A DNA stretch of 64,000 nucleotides from Antedon mediterranea (taxonomy: Eukaryota; Animalia; Echinodermata): NCBI RefSeq assembly GCF_964355755.1, contig NC_092680.1, positions 9,920,001-9,984,000 of the forward strand, read 5' to 3'. Each line of letters opens with the position of its first letter. The stretch's first letter is position 1. A program made the translations under genes and the position numbers. Below are positions 63,239 to 64,000 of this stretch, in pieces. Under the pieces are notes generated by a model. That model did no database searches, had not been told where the DNA came from, and worked only from the letters and a program-made list of their open reading frames with translations.

Positions 63239-64000
63239 GTGTATAATAGTTGAAATTACTTTTTGTAATCTGATTGATAGAACATGAGCTAAAATCTTAT
63301 AATCTACATTAATGAGTGTGATAGGTTGCCAGTTTTCTAACTTTTCTCTTTGTCCACTTTTGAAAAGTAAATGAATTATACCTCTCCTTTGTGAATTGGA
63401 AAGTATATTGTTGTGATAATTATAGTTCAGAGCTGTGCACAGCATTTCTTTTATATGGTCCTAAAACTTTCTGTAAAATTCAACACTCAAGCCATCAGAT
63501 CCTGGGCTTTTATTAAGGTGCATTTTTAAAACAGCATTTGTGCATTCATCAATTGATAATAATCCCTCACATATAGTATAGTCTTCAATTGAAAGTTTGC
63601 TTAAACATTTGATCTGTGTAAGTACTCATTCATTTTTTTCTTTTAGAGGTTCTGGTTAAAACTATAGACAAAGGTAATCGATATAGTAGGCCTAATATTT
63701 TGAAGGCATCGAGCCCATAGTTTTAACCAGAAACTGAAAATAGGCAAAGCATATTCGTTATATATGAAAAACATTCAGTAGGTAGGTGTATTTATATGGT
63801 TGATACTATACAGTACTGTGATATAAAAAACATCATCATACAGTGATGTCATCCAAAGATTCCCATACTCGATATAAATATTATATCATAAAATACATAT
63901 TTGATACTGTACTATTTCAATCAGCATATTTAATTATCAATTTTTAAGCAATTATACAAGCTGAATTGTTCACAGTCAGGATTTTTATTTAAGCATTAAT

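Larger units (their letters stand above)
60240..63640 (-). mobile_element. Degenerate L1/Tx1 LINE RT region split by three insertions
   Basis: KSPGSDGLSVEFY, WQPITLINVDYKILAH, NFAKAFDTV, GIRQGC, AQLADD, SGLRLNKGKT, KALKLNWVKRLL, in RT order. Confidence 0.8.

Overview
AT-rich animal genomic DNA with spliceosomal introns. It is probably an invertebrate deuterostome such as an echinoderm; that taxon call is inference from repeat style and gene structures. Recognisable genes: fructose-1,6-bisphosphatase (-, 5 exons) head-to-head with RPS15 (+, 4 exons, 5'TOP); NDUFS7 (-, 6 exons) head-to-head with an arginase whose CDS has no introns (+); and the 3' half of a secreted Sema-PSI-Ig semaphorin (-) that appears to carry one dead exon. 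The most unusual element is a tandem pair of paralogous genes (7573-8601 and 16308-18410) for secreted, extremely cationic proteins. Each has a signal peptide, an acidic pro-piece, a protamine-like Cys/Arg repeat, 2 or 7 copies of a ~70-aa Arg/Tyr/Trp/Gly beta-type repeat that I cannot assign to a known family, and a Ser/Thr tail. The internal duplication in the larger gene shows purifying selection in the Arg-rich frame. The rest is a dense, nested repeat landscape: Penelope-like remnants with hammerhead-ribozyme motifs, a Helitron, Helentron-like elements, hAT/MULE/Harbinger/Kolobok-type MITEs, L1/Tx1 and L2/CR1 LINE relics, minisatellites, decayed tRNA-Val copies and apparent transposon excision footprints. 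Everything was read by eye; no database searches were run.
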